Positions 55,789-64,000 of a stretch of 64,000 nt of DNA are shown in pieces. This stretch comes from Clostridiales bacterium PH28_bin88. GTDB lineage: Bacteria > Bacillota > PH28-bin88. The position numbers and the translations under genes are program-made. Numbering within the stretch: the first letter of the stretch is position 1; each line of letters opens with the position of its first letter. A model generated the notes under the pieces. That model saw only the letters and a program-made list of their open reading frames with translations. It was not told the DNA's origin and did not search any database. Location of the stretch: positions 37,735-101,734 of the forward strand of contig LAKY01000049.1 of NCBI GenBank assembly GCA_000987045.1, given 5' to 3'.

Positions 55789-56193
55789 TCACTTGCCGGC
55801 AGCCCGGATGCGGGCAAGGGATCTCTGCAGGGCCGTCTCGGCCCTGGCCACGTCCAGGTCCGCGGTCCGCTCCTGCAGGCGCCGCTCGGCTCGTTCCTTG
55901 GCCCGGATGGCCCTGGCCACGTCGATCTCTTCCGCCCGCTCGGCGGTATCCGCCAGGAGCACCGCCTTGTTGTCTTTTACCTCCATGAAGCCGCCGCTCA
56001 CCGCCATGCGCTTGACTTCGCCGTTTACCCGGTACTTCACTACCCCGGGTTTCAGGCCGGTAACCAGGGGAGCATGGTCCGGCAAAACACCCAGGTAGCC
56101 CTGGGCAGCGGGCACCACCAGGGAGTCCACTTCCTCGCGGAGCACTAGGCGTTCGGGGCTGACAACCTCCATGGTGATTATTTTATCCGCCAT
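55789..56193 (-). CDS. atpC: F1 ATP synthase epsilon subunit
   Basis: Last gene of the atp operon; VVSPERLVLREEVDSLVVPAAQGYLGVLPDHAPL. Confidence 0.95.
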   Translation of the reverse strand: MADKIITMEVVSPERLVLREEVDSLVVPAAQGYLGVLPDHAPLVTGLKPGVVKYRVNGEVKRMAVSGGFMEVKDNKAVLLADTAERAEEIDVARAIRAKERAERRLQERTADLDVARAETALQRSLARIRAAGK

Positions 56194-56206
56194 ATTCCTT
56201 ACCTCC

Positions 56207-56264
56207 TGATTCGGTCGTCGGAAGTCAGATGTCAGAATTCAGGGTTCCTAATTCAGGGTTCCTG
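56207..56264. repeat. Heptamer/14-mer tandem repeats in the atpD-atpC spacer
   Basis: The minus strand reads AGGAACCCTGAATT x2, then CTGACAT CTGACTT CCGACGA CCGAATC, running into AGGAGG. Confidence 0.85.
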
Positions 56265-56269
56265 GCCCG

Positions 56270-56298
56270 CCATGGGGACGCTCGAACCGTCCCCATGG
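56270..56298. repeat. Minimal GGGGAC hairpin (10-bp stem)
   Basis: CCATGGGGAC-gctcgaacc-GTCCCCATGG. Confidence 0.95.
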
Positions 56299-56350
56299 CT
56301 CTGGTCGGGTTTCCCCTCCAACCTCCGACCTCTCACTTCCCACTTCCCAA

Positions 56351-58650
<2,300 letters not shown>

Positions 58651-58663
58651 ATCTTATCACCAC

Positions 58664-60740
<2,077 letters not shown>

Positions 60741-60744
<4 letters not shown>

Positions 60745-61247
60745 TGCAGATCGCCCACCTCTTGTACAAATTCTTTAGCCAGGCGCTCGTGATCCTCCGA
60801 GGTCAGGGAGCGCCCGATGACCTTGCCGGCGGCCAGTACCGCCAGGGTAGCCACCTCTTCCCGGATGGCTGAAAGGGCCTTGGCTTTTTCGCCCTCGATC
60901 TCCGCCTTGGCGCGGGTCACGGTCCGCTCGGCCTCCTGCCTGGCGCCGGTGACGATCTCTTCCCGCATTTCTTCACCCAGCTTGGTAGCCCGGGCCAGGA
61001 TTTCCTGAGCCTCCTGCTTGGCCCCTTTTACCTGGGTCTCGTACCGGGACAGCAGTTCCTCGGCGTTCTTCTTGGCCTCCGCGGCATCCGCCAACTGACT
61101 CTCGATGCGGTGTTCGCGTTCCTCCACCATCTTGGTGATGGGTTTGTACATAATTACGTATAAAAGGCCCATGACGACCAGCAGGTTGATGACCTGGAAC
61201 AAAAACGTCCACGGGTTCAGGTTTAAGGCTTGAAAGACAGCCGCCAA
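60741..61247 (-). CDS. atpF: Fo ATP synthase subunit b
   Basis: A single N-terminal TM segment followed by a long charged helix. TTG start after GGGAGG. Confidence 0.9.
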
Positions 61248-61266
61248 AACAATGAACCTCCCTTCT

Positions 61267-61300
61267 TAGTGGTCAGTAGTCAGGAGTCAGTAGTCAGGGG
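61267..61300. repeat. Tandem heptamers upstream of the atpF RBS
   Basis: The minus strand reads CTGACTA CTGACTC CTGACTA CTGACCA CTAAGAA GGGAGG. Confidence 0.9.
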
Positions 61301-61514
61301 AAAAAACCAAAAGACTGGAAAAGGAGCAACTTGAAACACCAGTCTTCGGTGGCTGACCACTGGCCACGATGAATGTTATCAGCAGCCGGTCCGCGAACCT
61401 GAAGCTAGCGTAACCGGCCAGTATTCCGGATCAGTGGGAAACAGCATTTGGGCGAATAAGAGTGGATCCCGGGGAAGCGCCTCTTATTCGCCCATGGTTC
61501 CTGCATCCTTCGAT

Positions 61515-61739
61515 TTAGAGCTTGGTCCACATCAGGATGGCAATAACGAAGGAAAAGAGCGTCAGCGCTTCCATGAACGCCAGAGACAGCAACAGTATGG
61601 TTTGGATGTTACCGGAGGCCTCCGGTTGACGGGCAATACCCTCCATGGCCCGGGCAGCGGCATTACCTTGACCCAGGGCAGACCCCAGAGCGGCCATACC
61701 GATAGCCAGACCTACACCGATGAAACCAAGAGCTTCCAT
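61515..61739 (-). CDS. atpE: Fo ATP synthase subunit c
   Basis: 74-aa hairpin proteolipid with ARQPE loop and conserved carboxylate helix (AFMEALTLF). Confidence 0.95.
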   Translation of the reverse strand: MEALGFIGVGLAIGMAALGSALGQGNAAARAMEGIARQPEASGNIQTILLLSLAFMEALTLFSFVIAILMWTKL

Positions 61740-61766
61740 TGTATCGTTTCCCCCCTTTCAGATTCC

Positions 61767-61809
61767 AGTGACTAGTGACTAGTGACTGGTGACTAGTAGT
61801 GGTGACTAA
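61767..61809. repeat. Heptamer array GTGACTA x6 (left arm of inverted arrays)
   Basis: agtgactagtgactagtgactggtgactagtagtggtgactaa. Confidence 0.9.
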
Positions 61810-61974
61810 TAACCGTTAAGGTTATTAGTCGGGTTGAGGCTTTTAGCAGCTCCTGTATTAAAGAGCTTTTCAGTTGGGAAAAGCCGCCTACTCCAGTTAA
61901 CTTGACAGCCCCCCAACTTGTCCGCACGCGACCTTTCTGCTTCTCCTTGTGCCTAACTCTTCGCGCCCCCTGGG

Positions 61975-62009
61975 AACTAGTCACTAGTCACCAGTAACTA
62001 GTCACTAAC
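61975..62009. repeat. Heptamer array TAGTCAC x4 (right arm, inverted relative to 61767-61809)
   Basis: aactagtcactagtcaccagtaactagtcactaac. Confidence 0.9.
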
Positions 62010-62708
62010 TTAGTGCCCGTGCAAGTGGGTGGCGATGTAGGTTGTGGTTAGCAGTGTAAAGACGAAGGCCTGGATGAAACCCATTAATACCCCCAGGAGT
62101 TGCACCATGGTGGGAACAAACAGGGGGATCAGGATAAACAGGATAACCACCACCATCTCCTCCCCGAACATGTTACCGAAAAGACGGAGGGACAGGGATA
62201 CCGGCTTGACCAGTTCCTCGATGATGTTCAGGGGAGCCATCAGCGGGTTCGGGGCGAACCAGTGCTTGATATACGACTTGAGCCCTTTTTCCTTGATGTG
62301 AATTAACTGCACCAGGATAATGGTGGTTACGCCGAAGGCGGCGGTGGTGCTAAGGTCCATGGTAGGAGGCTTCATGCCCGGAATTACCCAGGACAGGTTG
62401 AGGAACAGGATAAAAATGAACAGGGTGCCCACCAGCGGCAGGAACTTGCGGCCGTGATGGCCCATCAGGTTTTCCAGAACGGACCAGATAAACTGCACCG
62501 CCAGTTCCGGCAGGTGCTGCCAGCCCCTGGGCTTGTCCTTTAAATTCCTGGTTACCAGGAAGGCGACCGCCAACAGGACCGCCATCATGATCCAGGTGTT
62601 CACCACCGTGGTAGTCACAGGGATATCGCCAATGTAAAAGACCGGTTGCGGTTTCAGGTGATTCATTACCTCTGCCAGTTGATGGAGTTTTTCTTCCATA
62701 CGTCTCAC
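62010..62708 (-). CDS. atpB: Fo ATP synthase subunit a
   Basis: LSLRLFGNMFGEEMVV (conserved Arg helix); polytopic. Confidence 0.95.
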   Translation of the reverse strand: MRRMEEKLHQLAEVMNHLKPQPVFYIGDIPVTTTVVNTWIMMAVLLAVAFLVTRNLKDKPRGWQHLPELAVQFIWSVLENLMGHHGRKFLPLVGTLFIFILFLNLSWVIPGMKPPTMDLSTTAAFGVTTIILVQLIHIKEKGLKSYIKHWFAPNPLMAPLNIIEELVKPVSLSLRLFGNMFGEEMVVVILFILIPLFVPTMVQLLGVLMGFIQAFVFTLLTTTYIATHLHGH

Positions 62709-63040
62709 CCCCTTTGATGGCGGCGAAATACCTGCCAGGCGTCTATGAAATAAGTCAGCATCTGGGTTGCCAGGGCCATGGCCACCCCAACCACAAACTC
62801 AACCCCCACCAGGGCGGCCACACCCAGGGTTACCATGGCGATCAGCATCCGGCTCATCGCCCGCCCCATGAATACAGCCTGGGCCCGCATGGGGTCGCCG
62901 GCCGGGGCCTTTTGTATGGCGGAAGCCACCAGCCAGTAGTTCAGAAAGCCCACCGGAAGGCCTGCCGTCACTCCCAGCGCCGCTTGCGGGAACCCCAGCA
63001 AGTAGGCTGCCGCACCCATCCCCAACCCCAGGAAGGTCAT
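62705..63040 (-). CDS. atpI: ATP synthase protein I
   Basis: Small four-helix membrane protein immediately upstream of atpB. Confidence 0.75.
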   Translation of the reverse strand: MTFLGLGMGAAAYLLGFPQAALGVTAGLPVGFLNYWLVASAIQKAPAGDPMRAQAVFMGRAMSRMLIAMVTLGVAALVGVEFVVGVAMALATQMLTYFIDAWQVFRRHQRG

Positions 63041-63094
63041 CTGGAGTATCTTCTTCCGGTCACCCTTAGTCAGGCCATAATCCCCCAGTCTGTA

Positions 63095-63113
63095 TTAGTG
63101 GTCAGTGGTCGGG
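63095..63113. repeat. Heptamer-type repeats
   Basis: ttagtggtcagtggtcggg. Confidence 0.7.
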
Positions 63114-63220
63114 AAAGCGTCTCATGGGAGGTTAGCCGGGGTACGGGTTTCCCCCACGAAAAAAGGGCTGCGCCCTTGGTTGGGCTATGGCACTTGACGG
63201 CTCCTGCCTGGATATTCTGC

Positions 63221-63484
63221 CTAGTTTTCTTTATCCGGCGGTTCCGGCCGGTCCTGCCGCGTCATTTTGGAAGTCACCTGGAGCATCTTGAGTTCAGTGA
63301 ATAGGCTGTAAAATGAAGCCGCCACTCCCAACAGGAGTCCCACCACCATCAGCAGCGGAGAAGTCCCCAATTTTGTGTCCAGCCAGTTGCCTCCGTAATA
63401 GCCCAGAAACAAACTGGCGGCCATGGTTACGCCGAAGGAAAAAGCAAAGTTGGCATAACGGGCGTATTCCAGGTAGCGTTTCAT
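63221..63484 (-). CDS. atpZ: AtpZ/AtpI-family small membrane protein
   Basis: YANFAFSFGVTMAASLFLGYYGGNWLDTKLGTSPLLMVVGLLLGVAASFYSL matches the AtpZ pattern. It is the first gene of the atp operon. Confidence 0.8.
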   Translation of the reverse strand: MKRYLEYARYANFAFSFGVTMAASLFLGYYGGNWLDTKLGTSPLLMVVGLLLGVAASFYSLFTELKMLQVTSKMTRQDRPEPPDKEN

Positions 63485-63576
63485 GGTTAAGCCCTCTTGG
63501 CAAGTTTATTCCATTTGAAGTTAAATTCTCCGTGGTGGAATGGAATTATGCATCCCGGCGTTTCCCCGGCGTTGTC

Positions 63577-63605
63577 AGTATACACAGTTTGGTATTATTC
63601 GACAA
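63577..63605 (-). promoter_or_regulatory. Sigma-A type promoter of the atp operon
   Basis: The minus strand reads TTGTCG-17 nt-TATACT, about 90 nt upstream of atpZ. Confidence 0.55.
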
Positions 63606-63660
63606 GGGTAAGACAAATCCTTTTTTCGCTCGTAAAAAAGTTTTGCCGTACCACGGCCGG

Positions 63661-63795
63661 TTATGGGAGGAAGCCCAGGGCGGCCAGGATCGGAAGGGCC
63701 ACCAGCAGGGCCAGGATGGCCAGAGGAAGCAAGAAGGCCACCACTAACACGGCGGCATAGATCAGTGAAGTGAGGTGTCCGATCTTGGCCTTCAC
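63661..63795 (-). CDS. 44-aa hydrophobic small membrane protein (below the ORF-track cutoff)
   Basis: AAAGGAGG-N6-GTG; VKAKIGHLTSLIYAAVLVVAFLLPLAILALLVALPILAALGFLP. Confidence 0.45.
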   Translation of the reverse strand: MKAKIGHLTSLIYAAVLVVAFLLPLAILALLVALPILAALGFLP

Positions 63796-63810
63796 GGGCT
63801 CGCCTCCTTT

Positions 63811-63836
63811 TAGTGGTTAGTGGCCACTGGTAGCGG
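63811..63836. repeat. Heptamer-type repeats upstream of the small ORF RBS
   Basis: tagtggttagtggccactggtagcgg. A further tcagatgtcaggagg is at 63906-63922. Confidence 0.7.
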
Positions 63837-64000
63837 TACGATGTGAGCGGGATGATGTCCCGGGACTTCCCGGGGGTTGGTTTGCCCGGTTGTCCTGGAC
63901 TAATGGGTCAGATGTCAGGAGGAAAATTAGAGTAAAACCGCATATTCTTTAGGTAAACCCTTTACCGGAATGCGCCGTAAAGCCTCTGGCTTTAGCCATG

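Noticed and set aside
61793-61984. 63-aa ORF in the atpB-atpE spacer
   Set aside because: It has no SD. It begins and ends inside the heptamer arrays, and its sequence is basic and low-complexity. It is more likely non-coding foldback DNA.
63900-64000. Possible 3-prime end of a minus-strand gene at the right edge
   Set aside because: Several frames are open for only 15-25 codons and none shows a recognisable C-terminal motif. The remaining sequence is too short to support a call.

Overview
The window is 64 kb of a fairly GC-rich, Gram-positive, spore-former-type chromosome. The gene content looks like Peptococcaceae, Desulfotomaculum or Pelotomaculum, but I cannot verify the taxon. Almost every gene is on the minus strand.

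Layout, left to right:
1. 0-7.8 kb and 18-27 kb: a cell-envelope region. It holds SLH-domain surface proteins, an SLH/S8 protease, a large S-layer protein, a Wzz-like co-polymerase, O-antigen-ligase-like proteins, TagA and LCP.
2. 7.8-18.1 kb: an AT-richer, heavily rearranged island of toxin-antitoxin (TA) modules. It contains mazEF, BrnT/BrnA-like, DUF4160/DUF2442, DUF4258/YgiT and PIN modules. Many are truncated or frameshifted. A degenerate IS200/IS605 remnant sits among them.
3. 27.9-35.4 kb: the conserved Firmicute block mbl-spoIIID-spoIIQ-like-spoIID-murA-ywmB, with vapBC pairs at both ends.
4. 36.4-55.4 kb: a roughly 19-kb catabolic island. It carries an Opp-type ABC transporter, an amidohydrolase, an RpiR regulator, a sigma-54 activator and a sodium:solute symporter. 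It also carries MoaD, a tungsten-type aldehyde:ferredoxin oxidoreductase, a five-subunit HcnABC/opine/proline-dehydrogenase-like flavoprotein complex and a saccharopine-dehydrogenase-like enzyme. I can read a good sigma-54 promoter with two upstream palindromes here.
5. 55.8-63.5 kb: the complete atpZ-I-B-E-F-H-A-G-D-C operon.

I saw no rRNA, tRNA or CRISPR array.

The most interesting signals are non-coding:
- A family of hairpin elements (core GGGGAC-N9-GTCCCC). The smallest is a 29-bp hairpin and the largest are about 135-bp modular palindromes. They sit 30-80 nt upstream of start codons, even inside operons.
- STRR-like tandem heptamers (GTGACTA or GTCAGTA) next to ribosome-binding sites.
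- A conserved 155-220-nt module ending in a terminator hairpin, tied to the IS200 remnant.
- Three candidate type-I toxin-antitoxin-like loci. Each has a small hydrophobic ORF with a sequestered SD and a convergent small RNA with its own promoter and terminator.

All functional calls rest on motif recognition by eye. No database search was run.
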